Source: Tubiluchus corallicola
Taxonomy: Eukaryota; Animalia; Priapulida
NCBI GenBank assembly: GCA_030141605.1
Contig: JAQGDQ010000149.1
Coordinates: forward strand, 359,789-423,788
Direction: 5' to 3'
DNA: 64,000 nt
Within the stretch, counting starts at the first letter, position 1, and each line of letters opens with the position of its first letter. Below are positions 1 through 16,710 of the stretch, one piece after another. The translations under genes were made by a program, and so were the position numbers. The notes below the pieces were generated by a model, which was not told where the DNA came from, searched no databases, and saw only the letters and a program-made list of their open reading frames with translations.

Positions 1-2565
<2,565 letters not shown>

Positions 2566-2740
2566 ATTGCCCACTACAATTTTTTGCGTGTTCTTATTGG
2601 TCAATTGAGTAGTTTTTAGCGAATGAGTCTTTGCGTTACAAAGATTGCGATCACATGACTAGGGTGGTAAAGGAAGCAAGCCTTACTATAGGAGTGTAAT
2701 TAAAGTTAGTGTTTTTTACTTAAATCCGTTGTAATCCACA
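2566..2740. promoter_or_regulatory. Compact bidirectional promoter between NENF and ACTR2
   Basis: Only 175 bp separate the divergent ATGs (2565 and 2741). The interval contains ATTGG (reverse CCAAT) near 2597 and an E-box-like TCACATGA near 2651. Confidence 0.65.
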
Positions 2741-5700
2741 ATGGATAGTCAAGGGAAAAAAGTAATTGTTTGTGATAATGGCACCGGAGTAAGTATTTAA
2801 TTAAGAGCTTAACGTTTTTATCACGAAACGCGTATAAACTTAATAATTAAAATTATTAAAGTGCTTACTACTATACCAATTTGTACATACCATAACTGCG
2901 GTTATACTCTTAAACTGTCTTGATTAGGGGTTAAGCGAGTACACTCATAGAAATTCCATATTTTTCCACAAAATAATTGTTGATTAAGGATTTAAACTTT
3001 ACTATGGTTGGTGCGGCAATCACCATAGCAGGCAGATTATTCCATTCATTCACCGCTCTCACATTTACGAATGTCAAGACACTTGACCCACTCTTTAAAC
3101 AGTTTTGAACTGTGTCCTCTATTTTTAGAATTAACAACTAGGTTAGAGAGTTTTTCAGGCATAATACTTTCTTTTCTAGTTAGTATTTTATAAACCTCTA
3201 TAAGATCTCGATGGTGTCTTCTTAATTTAAGCGTGGTCATACTGCAATACTTCAATCTTTTTAAATAAAACTGATTTTTACAAGCAACCGAATATTTTTG
3301 GTGCCCATTTGTACACCTTCCATAAGCAATGTGTGTTTCTGAGAATGGGGTTCAGTTTCAAGTCTGTTCAAAACCACTATAATGAACTTCACCGTCTAAA
3401 TTAAACGTAATCTTGGTAAATATAACACCCACCACATTATAGTAGAGGGAGTTTGAATTTTATAACGAAAGCGGCACCTGTTTGATAGCAACACAATATA
3501 TAATAAATTTTAAATATTCAGAAAGTCCACATTACTGCTGCTCAGTAGCATTTATCTTCAGGTAAAGTATCACATTACCCGATGATGACTGCTACTGTAC
3601 AGTGGAAACTTTGATTTGCTTAATATCCTTACTTCAAAAGTTGCAAGAGTGCTAGCATATAAAAAAGCTTTCAATGCTCCCCACTCAGTGCTTGTTTAAA
3701 AGACTTTACTTTAAGTGACTTTACAATATCACTGCCTAGATTGTTCTATTTTTGCACAATACGGTTGGAGAAAAAGTGCTTCCTTGTATTTTTGCCTGAG
3801 TATCTGACATGTAGTTTTTGCTTATGACCATGTAACTTTCTATAAGGATTTTCAAAGAAATCATTCAGATCCAATACTGTGTTCTCGTTCATTATCTTAA
3901 ATACGTTATATTATTAAATACGTTATTATCTTGTTACTAAGATCAACTGTGTCACGTATCTCCTGTAAAGTAGACATACTGTTAAAATCGAGATCGTTAG
4001 CAAGACGTAGACATTTTCGTTGAACCTTTCCAAATTTTCTTTAAAAGATACTTATTGTGGTGCTCAAACAACGACTGCATGCTCCAGTAGGGGCCTGATT
4101 AGAGTTTTGTAGTTAGGTACTGATGACTCACGACATACAATTGGTCTTCTAATGATGCCAGTTCTTTGGTTAGCAGTCTTTATAGTATGAGCAATATGAT
4201 CCAGTGAGTCAAATATATGTAAAACCCCAGGTCTCGGACCTTATTAACTTGTGGTATCATGCCATTATGTAAAGTGTAAGATGTATCAACATTGGCCTGT
4301 CTAACTCTGAGCAAAGCACACTTAACAGGTTTCAGCTGAAGTAGCCATTGATCAGACCAAGATTCAATGCTGTCAAGATTTATCTGTGACATCAGAATCA
4401 AATTGTGACTTGATCTGCATATATAATTTAACATCATCAACAAATATGCTAATAGATAAAGTAACATACGCTGTCAGATCATTTACATGTAATATAAAAC
4501 AGTAAGGTCCGCTAAGCACTCCCTGTAGAATATCACTACGAACATAAATCCACTCAGTAGACTATCCATTTAAAATTACTTGTTGTCTTTTACAAATAAG
4601 GAAAGATCTAAACCAACAAATGAGTTTACCCCTGTGATACCAGCAAATGACATTTTCCACAACAAACACTCGGAAGGCACTGAATCAAATACTTTGCGAA
4701 AGTCTAGATATATAATATCTACATCAGAACTGTAACCAGCATCAAAAATTTTGGTCCAGTTATTAAGACATTATAACAAATTAGTGACAGTTGACCTACC
4801 AGGAATTGTAAAATATTAATACAAATGTGTTAAATTTTGGCATAAGGTTAGCTATTTATCAAACTCATTCCAAATAGAGACATCTAAGGTGTGATATCAA
4901 AGTGAGATAATGAAAATACATAATTGTAGTTTTATATCTAATGGATCATTCCATTATCAATAATTTTGTATTTTCTTTGTCTTATTTTGATATTGCACCG
5001 TAGATTTCAATGGTGATAATCTGCTACTTTAATGTAATATAATTTAACTTGGGTTAACAGTCAAGTTTTAATGAACATTATTAAATATTTTTGTGATATC
5101 AGTGGTAATTTATTTTGTTTTCAGTTTGTAAAATGTGGTTTTGCTGGATCAAATTTTCCTGCTCATATATTTCCTTCTATGGTTGGCAGGCCTATCATTA
5201 GGTCAACTGCAAAAGTTGGAGACATTGAAATAAAAGTATGTTATTTGTTGCCATAAAAGCATTGCTGCCTGAAAAGGCCTATTTGTTTCATTATATATGT
5301 ATATATGCCATTAGAAATTCAAAATTATAGGAATTATTACTAATAAGATTAAATGCACAGACACAGTACATGTCACTTAGCGAAATCTTACTAAAGTACA
5401 ACAAATGTGCAACATTACTCTGTGCCTACTTTTAATATACTAAATGACACATCAGGTGATACTGTTGATAAATTGTATAATTCATTCGAAATTGCCATAG
5501 ATAATTTTTTGCGCAATAGCAATATTATTTTTCATCACATGACATGGTTTTGATGAATTGCAAAATTTGTTAGAAAACTGGTAAACGATTTTGAATGCTT
5601 GTAAAAAAGTTCAAACCTGAATGAATGCAACAAATAAATTAATTTACCCTAACATAAACCATGCTTCAATTGCGGTTGCACTTATTTTGCATGACTAGTA

Positions 5701-8700
5701 TGTGAGTTCGAGTGGCCAATTTAAATTTAATATCTATTAAAATGTTTTCGGCCACCTTACAATACATGATAGTGTCCTGTGATAATTTTGAAAGTGCTGT
5801 TATTTTCAAAGTTCGACTGTAAAAATTAAAGCTCCTGGTTTCGTTTGCAGAGCCAGGCAAAATTTTTTTCCCCGTACACGGATCAGAAAATGACTCTGTT
5901 GAGGGGTTTCTTTCCATGCCCGTTTTCGTGTTTATTGCCTATCTTTTGCTTTAAAAATGCTAAACGTGTACCATTGCAGTTTCTGGATTATTTGGGATTG
6001 TGACACATTTGTTCCTAAAATTTCTTAAATGAAATTTTCTCATTTGGAAATGTTTCCCAGAAATAAACACACTTAAGTGATGCCTTTAAGTGACAATAAT
6101 ATTTTTGATTATTGTCTAAATTCAAAATTCCTGCTGTTTTGACTCTAGTGAAACAAGTAAACTAAATTAGCCAAAGTCACAGCAGATTGTCAAAGAAGTA
6201 ATTTATATAGAGATACATACAATTTTCAGCAACTTGTATGTATCCAAACTAAGTGATTGCACTGACCTTATTACACTTTTGAATTTTGTGCCAAGTTGGC
6301 ATGTATTGTTCACTTAATGGCTGTTTTCACTTTTGTTTATGACGTACAAGTTTTAATTTCTAAAATTTAATTTAGTAGCCTATTGATGTCACGTCTGTTC
6401 ACTTATGAAAGGTAGATTTATTCAGGTGGATTTTGCAAACTCGCATTCTGAAAACTACTTCTTACTGAGTTGAGTCCTAATTTTAATCAGTATTGTTAGT
6501 AGGGCTGTGTGTTTTAATTCAAAAAGAAAAAAAACGAGATAAACCGGACAGTAGGAAAATTCGATTTTATTCAAAATAAATAGATAAACTCGATTCGATA
6601 TAATAGTAACATTAGCCTACTCAATTTTCTTGAATTCGTGAAGTGAAATTTGATTTGATATTGATTTTTTTAAATTTTGTACAACATTTATTGTTTTAAT
6701 ACTTGTGGAGTCTTTCTATTAATGTTTTATAACTATCTAATGTAGTTAAAAGCTGCTGTTTGACTGTATTGCAGGAATTAATGGTTGGTGAGGAAGCCAG
6801 TAAACTACGTCAAATGTTAGAAGTAAATTATCCTATGGAAAATGGAATAGTTCGTAACTGGGAAGATATGCTGTCCTTGTGGAACTATACATTTGGCCCA
6901 GACAAGCTAAACATTAATCCGAACGAGTCAAAAATCTTACTTACAGAGCCTCCCATGAATCCACACAAGAATAGAGAAAAGATGGTTGAGGTATCATTTT
7001 GACATTTCTGTAAACCGTAATTTGTTAACTGAAAGAACTTAATTAGCTTTTGTCAAATTTGCAAAATCATCCAACTGCTACTGAAATAACTTCAACTAAA
7101 CTTTCAAACATAGGGAACAGCACAACTTCAAAAAGTGCTGAGTTGGTAAATCTTATTAAATTGATTATCATGTGCAATGCAATAAAACAAATGTTTTATC
7201 ATTGTAAATTAAAATTATAAATTACATGCCTTGTGAAACTGAAATGACAGCCAACATCCTCAGTTTAATATCGAAATAAACTTTTAAAATTCGAAATTGT
7301 CTAGTTAAGGCAAATGAAGAATTTTTGCAAATTTATTGTATACGTCAATGCAATGGTCAGCCGGCCAGTAGTGGCATGTTGATACATACCTTATGAGGTA
7401 TATCTATACTTTACCTAACACATATAATATACATATAATAATATTGATATTGATGTTAAAAATATTATAGGTTGCCAGATTTCGGTCAGTTCACTGTACA
7501 CTGTGCCTCACTTAATAACGTAATAAATTTCAGCAAAATCCAAACTTGTTGTTAACAAGAAATCGTTGATAAATTAAGCCATAGTGTCCATAAGAAATAT
7601 TGCATATATGAAGATGTTTTCCAGGAACATTTGGCTAAAAAAGTTTTGCGTGCATCAATGAAGGTTCTTAGTCTTGAGTTTTCATAATGTATGTTTCATT
7701 GATATCCTACTCTTTGTATTGCAGGTTATGTTTGAAGAATACCAGTTTGATAGTGTTTATGTAGCAGTACAGGCAGTCCTTACACTATATGCGCAAGGTG
7801 AAATTTCAATGATAAATAATACTTAGCTGATTAATTATATCTGTGATGTGGTAATATGTAAAATTATTAGAACTGAAATCTTTATAGTTTGTAGAGACAT
7901 TTGCTTTCAGGGTTTCATGTATCATTCTTATTTTCAAAGAGGGCAAAAGTAAAATTTTTAAAATAATTAAAAATATCATATTTCGAGTGCTGGTACTTTA
8001 TCATAGAACAATTTTTGAAAAACGATTTTAGCATACATGCTTGTTTTTGAAAATGTGGCATAAGCATTTGAATGGACTTTGACATTGAGGATGCGTTTAT
8101 TCATTAGGTCTCTTAACTGGAGTGGTAATAGATTCAGGAGATGGTGTAACACATATATGTCCAGTCTACGAAGGTTTCTCACTGCCTCACTTGACTCGAA
8201 GGATTGACATTGCTGGTAGGGATATTACGAGGTACCTTATAAAGGTGAGTGGGACTGATATTTGTTAATATTACGATTGTAACTAGCACTTGCAATTTTG
8301 ATGTTTATTGAAATTTGGTAAACAAGAACAATGTGTTGTGCCTTACATGCATATATTTAACAAATTTGTTGGACTGAAAAACCTTTGAACTGCTAAATTT
8401 ACTAAATTTATAGTTTCATTCACAGGCTATTAAAATGTATGTCATTGTAAGAGCTTATAGGTGTTATAAACTTGAATTAAGAACATTACGTTGAATGTTA
8501 TGTTTCACTAGCATTAATGTCAATACACTCGATTTGTACACTGAGCATATTTTGCAAAACAGTATGTTTTTTGGTGTAAGTGCCAGTATTTAAAGTGTAA
8601 AATTAACGCATGCTGGAAATGTTTGCAAAGTATGCGTTGATGCATAAACTTCCAGGGACATAAATTACACTAGTAATAAAGACACTAGTAAATGCAGGTT

Positions 8701-11484
8701 CATGTATACGTTGCTAATTACAAACAATATTATTAACCTTTAGCACATTACTTGGCAATATGCCTTGCTGTGTTGAAGCACCACTAAGCGGAGACTCATA
8801 CCAATGATTATGCCATAAATTTCTATCAATTTTTCAATTAGGTAATATGCTTGGAATGGTGCATTGCAAAAATATCACTTTGCAAACAAGCTGCTCAATT
8901 TGCAAAAAAAAAATTATTTGTGCCATTTTTCTGGCTTTCAGTAGCATTTATTTACCGTAACATGTACAAATGGTACTAGATCAAATTTATTAAGTTATGT
9001 TTTTCAGTTGTTGCTACTGCGAGGTTATGCATTTAATCATTCAGCAGACTTCGAAACTGTAAGAATGATGAAAGAGAAACTGTGTTATATTGGATATAAT
9101 ATTGAACAAGAGCAGAAATTAGCACAAGAAACAACAGTTCTTGTTGAGTCTTATACGGTATGTGGCCTTACATTGATCTTCTTAACCATGTTTAGTCAAT
9201 GACCCTCTATCCGGATGTATATTTTTCAGTATATGATGCAGAATTTCGGTGTTATGTGGAATCTTAATTTATTTACTAAGACAAAATCTAGTTAAAGTAA
9301 TGCTAAATTTTTAATTGCATTTTTAGCTTCCTGATGGCCGTGTTATCAAAGTGGGAGGAGAGAGATTCGAGGCTCCTGAAGTTTTGTTTCAGCCACATTT
9401 AATAAATGTCGAGAGTGTTGGTATTGCAGAACTGTTGTTCAATACGATACAGGCAGCTGATATGGACACACGGCCTGAATTTTACAAGCACATAGGTAGT
9501 GTATCAATCTAATAAGTGCAACAAAAGCAATACTAAATTAGAGTCTGAAAATGTTTTGCAAATCCGCTGTGATATAAACCCAGACCTTCTGCTTTATTAA
9601 TCCAGGCATCTCTGTCTTTATGAAACAACACTTTATGTAGTTTCCTAAATTTTGATCTGTGCTTGCCATCTTAAGTTGTTTTGGTGCTTACAACTTCATT
9701 ACCTAGGCAACTGGTTAGCTGGTCAATAAATTTAAAAAATAATCAAATAGAATTGATTAAATGGTTTTGTAAAGTGTAGAAAAGGATAAAATGTTTGGTT
9801 TTCGACTGAGCAAGGTGACTAGAATTACCTCCATTCGTATAAATATTTGAGAGATCAGTGTGTGTCTGTACCTCTGAAAAATAATGCAAAACATGATTCT
9901 CAGTTTTGAGTAACTTTTCTTAGATATCATTTTCTGTCTGTTTTTGTCTATTTGTTTCTGTTGTCTTTGTAATCATTTAACAATGTCTGCCAGATTTCAA
10001 CATGAGAAGCTGCTACACATTGATGAACATTATGCACTGTTTTCCGTGTATTTAATTTTTAATTAAATCTGCTTTTATCAGTAAACAGCTGCTTATTAGC
10101 TAAATTATCGAATGATTTTCATTACCATGTTCAAACAAAAACCTGTTCCAGCATTTAGAAAAACATTATCTACAATGTGTGAAACACAGTGAAGTAGATT
10201 TGCAGAAACTATTTATTAATTTAGGCAGAATGAAGCTTTGTATCTTGTAAAGGGAAACAAATGTAGGGTCTCCGATTTTCCACGATCATGGAAAATTGGC
10301 GGAACTTACGGAGATGAGGAGCTGAAATGGAAGTAGCTACAAAAAACGGAATTGGTGCAATTTCATACTTTAAAATTTTTAAATTTAATGCGTACTAGAG
10401 AAAATTGACTTCACTTGTTACCTTTCCCCAAAATTAAGCCGTTTTTTTCAGAAACTAGAAGCTGTCTTTGGAGATTTATTTATTTTATGCAACTTGCAGA
10501 CTCACTACGCCTTTTCACTCCGTTTGTTTTTGTGTTTGCCACAAGAAATACAGGCAATAGTTTAGTGTCGTTGTAATGAATAGCAACGTGTGAAAAGGTA
10601 TCTAATGTTTATGCAAACATCATGTGGCTACGTCTTTGAAATTGTTTGTATCTATTTTTGAAATTTATTTAAACTCTATCCCTTCTTTGATCAGAATTCA
10701 AGTCTATTTATTTCAACTTTTAAAATGGTCGATGAGGATGGAGTTCGGCAAAAGAAAGGAAAACGGTCTACACCAATTGTGTGTACGACAGCTGGGGGAA
10801 AAGCCAGGCAATTTCCCAATGATTTGTATAAAGATGACGGGATACTGCTTTGTAAATTTTGTGTGCATAGCATAGATGTCGTGCATGTCTACACAATCAA
10901 ATAATCATTTAAAGGAGTAAAAAAACACTTGGCTGGTAAGGAGGTAATAACTAATATAAGTGACTGACCTCTCTCTTATAGTATAGCTATTTCAATTCAA
11001 GTTAACCCTGATAAGTCAATTTCATACTGTGAGTTCACACAGAAGCCTTTTAAATAAATCAGATTTAACATTAAGCATGAGGTTAATCTAAACGCATTTT
11101 TATACCAGCCAAATTAAATTTGGAGTAGGTTCACTATCGGAGTAGACTAAACATACCTTTTGTTTATAGATTATTTCTATAGAATTAACCTTTGGTTATG
11201 CTATAGTAGGTAAAACTACGTTTCATTATCTGATATATTTAAATTATAGTTTTAGATGATTTTTAAAAGAAAAGGTCTTTATAAAAAGAAACACAAGCTA
11301 AACAGGCTTCCAATATTCGTGGTTTCATCAGAACGTTTTTGCGAAGATTTTGTATTACACTTTGGGAAATGTGTAGTTTAGCGAATATATATATTCTAGT
11401 TGTATATATGCCACTAGAATATATATGTTCGCTAAACTACACATTTCCCAAAGTGTAATACAAAATCTTCGCATGGTATCTAGT

Positions 11485-11520
<36 letters not shown>

Positions 11521-11537
11521 ACTAGATACCATTATAT

Positions 11538-11571
<34 letters not shown>

Positions 11572-14372
11572 CCACTAGATACCATGCGAAGATTTTGTAT
11601 ATATATATATATATATACCACTAGAAAATTTGAACAAAATCAGACCCTTGTACAAAAACATTACAAGCAAGGAGTTGCACCACCATCTGGCAAAACTATA
11701 TGCAAGGTATATGTGACCAGACTTTCTGACGAACTTTTTTCTGCCATCAAAGCAAAAGGTGGCAGCAGATGCCAACATAAGTATTGTGGCCGAGGAAATG
11801 ACAGATTTTGTAGATCACAGTGTGATGAATATTATTTTTGCCATAATAGGGACTTATTACTTGGTCGATGTAGTCGATGCACCTGTAATCACGTACAATG
11901 AACCTTTGAGCCAAGCTATTATCTTAGCTTGTAATAGCTATAGTAACGGATTCTGCAGCCTACTGTAATGGCATGTTCAGACTAGCAAGTTTTCTCGCTA
12001 AGTTAACTTGCCAAGTAACTCGCAAGCTTGTTCAGTTAATGCCAGAGAGCTTGCAATTTCTTGCTGACAGTAACTCACAATGCAGCTCACGCTTAAGAGC
12101 TTGCTGTCAAAGAGAAAACTCGTTAGTCTGAACACGCCACAAGAAAACGTTCAGAAATATTTTATCTGCTTTACTTGTGAATGCTGTGCATGTTTCACAT
12201 CTTAAACCTTGTAAGTGAGATTTTTCAAAACTGGAAAGCATTTAGTCTTTTCTCTAGCTTTGTAGCCATGATCAAATCTGCCTTTTTTAAAAAGCCTGGA
12301 CGAAAAGCAAGATACTTCGAATACTTGGGTGAATACAAAGTGGAATTCCTGTTTTCAAGCAGTCAGGTTCATGCGAACTATATCCATATATATTATATAC
12401 CAAGGCTTCTTTACTGCTGAAGTAGTAAAGGGCAAGTGGTGGAATGAATCTTGGATCTTGCAGACATCCATGATGCCACTGATGAAGATATAAATCTACC
12501 ATTTATACCATTTAAGAGCTGTCAGAAATTGGAATACAGCCTTGCACAACTGGAAGGGACTTTGTAGTTTACAATACAGCAGAAGATGTGAGGGGCTATC
12601 TTTCCAGTGGTAAGACAAAGACTGTATTTTGTGAGAAACAACTGATGCTTTGTTGTCCATATTGCAGAAAGATGAGAAAACTAAAGCTATAAACCGAAAC
12701 TGCACAATGACAAACATTGGCATATCCATGTTAGAAGGCTCTATCAGTTTTTGGTTCAAGGCAGTTCATAGAGTTCTCACTCAATTTCAATGACTGTCAG
12801 GCTATTCCAGAACTCACCCATCCTTCAAATAATTTAATTAGTGAATGGCAAATCTTTATTCAGTACAACATAACAGACATTCCTAAAGGTATTGCAGCTT
12901 TTGGGAATATTTGAACCTCGCTATCCCAGTTTAATAAAAATTGCTAAAAAGTACGTCTAGTTGTCTGCTCAAGGTATAGATGTTGAACGTTCCTTCTTGA
13001 ATTGCAAACATTTGCTGCAGCTTGAAGTCTTTAACAGATGAAAACACCAAATAATAAATAATATGTACTGTAGTGGTGATGCGGAAAAATAGATTTTGCG
13101 AATTAAATGTTGGTGTTCTTATGCTATGTAAAGCCAAAAAATATGTGATAGACTACATGCTTAATTCATATATATATTTTTTTATTTACAAGCTGTCACA
13201 TATTACATAATTTGATTATAAATATTAGTTTTAGGGCTTCATACTTCTAATTTCTGTAAAATGCAATTGAAACGGAATTGACGATTCGTCCAAATGGAAA
13301 ATCGGGGACCCTACAATTGATTTATTATGCAATTATATAGAGCTAAAATTGTTTAGTACCTATGATAGTGGTATAGTTACTGTAGTAGCTGCAGTATCTA
13401 TAGGGGTAGTAGTGTTAGTGTTAGTGATTTCATGTTAATCTACGTTCATTGCATTCATAGTTGTTGTAACAATCCCACAGAAACTGATATTAAGATATTA
13501 TGTACATTTATTACAGTGTTGTCTGGAGGATCTACCATGTATCCAGGGCTTCCAAGTCGCTTGGAGAGGGAAATTAAACAGCTCTACTTGGAGCGGGTCT
13601 TGAAAGGAAACACTGAATCATTCTCGGTAATAGCTCACCCTTGTTACATTAGCTATAAGTACAATTTCAAATGGAGGTAGGCGCGTCTACCCTCAAAAAT
13701 CGAATCGAATGTTTGGCCTTCGAATCAAATCAAATTGAATGTCAAGATTCCTATTCGAATCCAGTGCTAAATATTTCTGATAAATTCCAAACCATTATCA
13801 AACAAGCAATGTGCACAAAAACTTAATTTAGCTGCGAGTTAATAGTAAGAACTAAAATAATTTTGCTGATTGCCTCATGTTTCAAATGTTTTTATGATAG
13901 AGAACAAGTGTAATTAAAGTGTTAAACTACATGAAATTGCAATTTTAGGTTTGAATGAAATTCAAACTAAAAGCCTCGTTTGAATCAAACATTCGGTTTT
14001 CTGCCCTAGTTTCAACATTAGCTGTTTTTTAAGCTAGCCTGTTCACAGTTTTTTTGTGGCATGAGTTTCATGCAGGAAAACATGGTAATATGGAATTACT
14101 GCACATTAGTAGTATTTTTCTTTATGACTCATAGCTTTTATCTCTATAGAACTGTTCAGTTACAACCATCACAACTTCCATGCTTCATATTGTTACAGAA
14201 ATTTAAAATTCGAATTGAAGATCCTCCACGACGTAAGCATATGGTATTCCTTGGTGGTGCTGTCTTAGCAGACATTATGAAGGATAAGGACACATTTTGG
14301 ATGACTCGGGCAGAATATCAGGAAAAGGGTTTGCGAGTACTGGAAAAACTGGGTGTTGTTAGCTCAAATTAG
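2741..14372 (+). CDS. ACTR2: Actin-related protein 2 (Arp2/3 complex), 9 coding exons, 395 aa
   Basis: Exons 2741-2788, 5125-5235, 6775-6990, 7725-7797, 8108-8244, 9008-9157, 9327-9495, 13517-13626 and 14199-14372 join in frame (1188 nt). The translation [28 protein letters not shown]...[27 protein letters not shown] is unmistakably Arp2. Confidence 0.97.
2930..3350 (-). mobile_element. CR1-like LINE 3' fragment (decayed)
   Basis: Minus-strand peptides [27 protein letters not shown] and [19 protein letters not shown] match CR1/L2 ORF2 C-terminal motifs. Frameshifted. Confidence 0.75.
3690..4805 (-). mobile_element. CR1-like LINE reverse transcriptase fragment (decayed)
   Basis: Minus-strand motifs [45 protein letters not shown] and RDLG, with stops and frameshifts. 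Confidence 0.85.
10264..13313 (+). mobile_element. Decayed full-length hAT transposon with CGGBP1-like transposase, in ACTR2 intron 7
   Basis: TIRs TAGGGTC(T/C)CCGATTTTCC at both ends, flanked by CAAATG and CAATTG (possible 6-bp TSD, 1 mismatch). Remnant peptides: BED-finger-like [18 protein letters not shown] (~10810-10865), [20 protein letters not shown] (~11780-11840), and a hAT C-terminal AFW..YPSL.KIA..DVERS segment (~12895-12995). Confidence 0.8.
11969..12139. mobile_element. PIF/Harbinger-like MITE nested in the hAT element
   Basis: 28-bp TIRs TGGC(A/G)TGTTCAGACTA(G/A)C(A/G)AGTTTTCTC, flanked by TAA and CAA (mutated 3-bp TWA TSD). Confidence 0.7.
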
Positions 14373-16710
14373 TGATAAATGCGCTGGCGCACGTCCATGT
14401 TGTTTTTTGTTATTAATCAAACTCATTTAGGCTTATTGACACGCATTGAAACATAAATAGATTCATCTTCAGAACCACGAATGTGAACAATTACAGTTTC
14501 CACGTAAAATTTCTCTCGCTGTTTTTTTTGCATCTATTTTTCTTATTACACCTAAATAGATTGAAATCAAATTTCATTTTTGTGGCTGTTTATTGTGAAG
14601 TGATAGCAAGCAAGTTTAATGGATAAACGTGCATGCAAGGTACTCAGCTGCACCTACATAAATTAATTTTTATGTATAATGATTTAAAATTATTTAAAAA
14701 GCAATTCATTATTAAGGCTGAGTAATGCTTATTTGTACAGTATTGATTTAAATATTGTCATAGCTTTGGAGCAAAAAACTAATCGTGAATTACCTTATAT
14801 AATTAAAATAATTTTCTTGATACGTTCTTTTACTGCCATGTGCCAAATACTTCACTATGATATTATGAAGTAGCACTATTGCTGATTATTATTGTCAGCA
14901 TGTTCATGAAAGAATGATGATATATCTATGCCCGGTTATTATTTTTGCTTTTGTTATACTAGGGATTTACATGTTATGCTGCTAATGTGTAGTAAGGATC
15001 GCCAGGGACCAGTAGAGCTCCATCTGTTCAATTTAATTATTGTTAAGTTAACTTACAAATACAACTCGTTCTCACAGACAGTACTCCCATTGTTGTTAAC
15101 TGCTGTTCCTTAGCTTACATTAATTTTTGACATATACTGACTAACTGGCTCTGCACTATTTAACGTAAATTTTATTGGGATTTTTTATGATGTACATGCT
15201 AGTTACTGTGTGAGAATAGCTTAACTGGTGATTTCTTTAATTTTTGTGTTACAACTTCTAGTATTTTATATAATTACACAATATTAATTACACCTGAGTA
15301 CTGTCAGTACATTTTTGGTCATTTAAAAAGATTGCCGTGCTTTGCTCACTATGCCAACTTTTATCAAGTCAGTCTGTACTCTCAACAAGGCTAATTTTAC
15401 TTACACAAATTGTCTAAGATTTTTTTGTGGAATTGTTTGTGATGGAACTAATCAACTGCTTGTAGAAAAAGCTAATATATAAAGTAATGTAAAGCAGCGT
15501 TATGGTTATCGTAGCAATTCTGTAAAATCTGGTTTCCACATTTTGTACGAAAAAGGTGCTGAGAGGGAGTTAAATTAATAACAGTTTATTTTAGTTTTCA
15601 GTATTATATATTAGCTTATACTGATTCTTGTTATCAGAATGTGTGGGCAGCAAACAAATATTGAAGAATTGTGATAATGACAAGATTTACAACGGTGTCA
15701 ACAATTTCACTGATGGTGAACAATTTCATTCCACTGTACATGTGTAGAAAATGTGTTATATCATTATAAGGAAAATCATTGTTTGCGAGTTGTAAACAGT
15801 GTTTATATTAAACTATTGCCAAAATGATCGTAAATGTTTGTTCATTTCTTTTTGTTTTTTTACAATTACATTCACCAATCATTGCACACGTAATTAAATA
15901 CAAATATTTTTGTTCCTTATAGAATTTCTTTGTAGTTAGATGTTTGTGAGGTTTAAAGCAGCTGTCTCTAAGTTATAGCATTTTAAACAGGTGAGTCAGA
16001 CTCTGACAATCGTAAATTGTATGCTATTGTGTATGAAGCACAAAAAATGTGCACGTATGCTACCGTATTGAAATGCTATTCAAAATCGGCTGCACCATGA
16101 CCATAGTCATATTATTGCTGAGTTCAGTTGATTTCTGGCACCAAAATTTAAATATTCCGCGTACATGTATCGGGTGACACATTTATTTTAATTAACTTGT
16201 TTCAAAAATACATTTTTCAATGAAAAAAAGTTGTGGTTAATAAAGGCACCAATTAGGCAGTGCAAAAAAACAAAAGTGCTAAAGAGTAAGTTGTATGATA
16301 GATTTCTCAGTAGTACCAGTGATGCATATATGTCTAAGCTTTTTAAAGCCTTAAATTGTAGTTGCTTCAATCGTTTGAGTGGCAGTTTTAATAATACAGT
16401 ATACTATTTTTTATAAGCACACTAGAGCATCAGAGATAAAATTCAAAATGAATTAAATGTTAAGTGAATTTAAACTAGCCCTTACTAAATAGCTACTGCA
16501 ATAAAAAAAAATTCTGTGAATGTACAAATAATCTGTCAGCATTTCCCAGAATTGCTTATTACCTGCAGCCTGTGCTTTTCGTTTAGTGGAGTCTGTGCAA
16601 GTACCTGTCGACTCTCAATCAATGAAATACCTACAGCAGTATTCCATGCTTACCTGCCTGACTGTGTTTATTAGAGGAAGCAGAGAAGAAGCTCTTCACA
16701 GGAGATAAAC

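Noticed and set aside
5236-6774. The 15-nt alternative microexon known in vertebrate and fly Arp2 after exon 2
   Set aside because: I could not find a convincing AG-15nt-GT candidate by eye; RNA-seq would be needed.
11425-11901. 158-aa ORF with IYIYIY runs
   Set aside because: It is an artefact of TA microsatellites and frameshifted transposase remnants.
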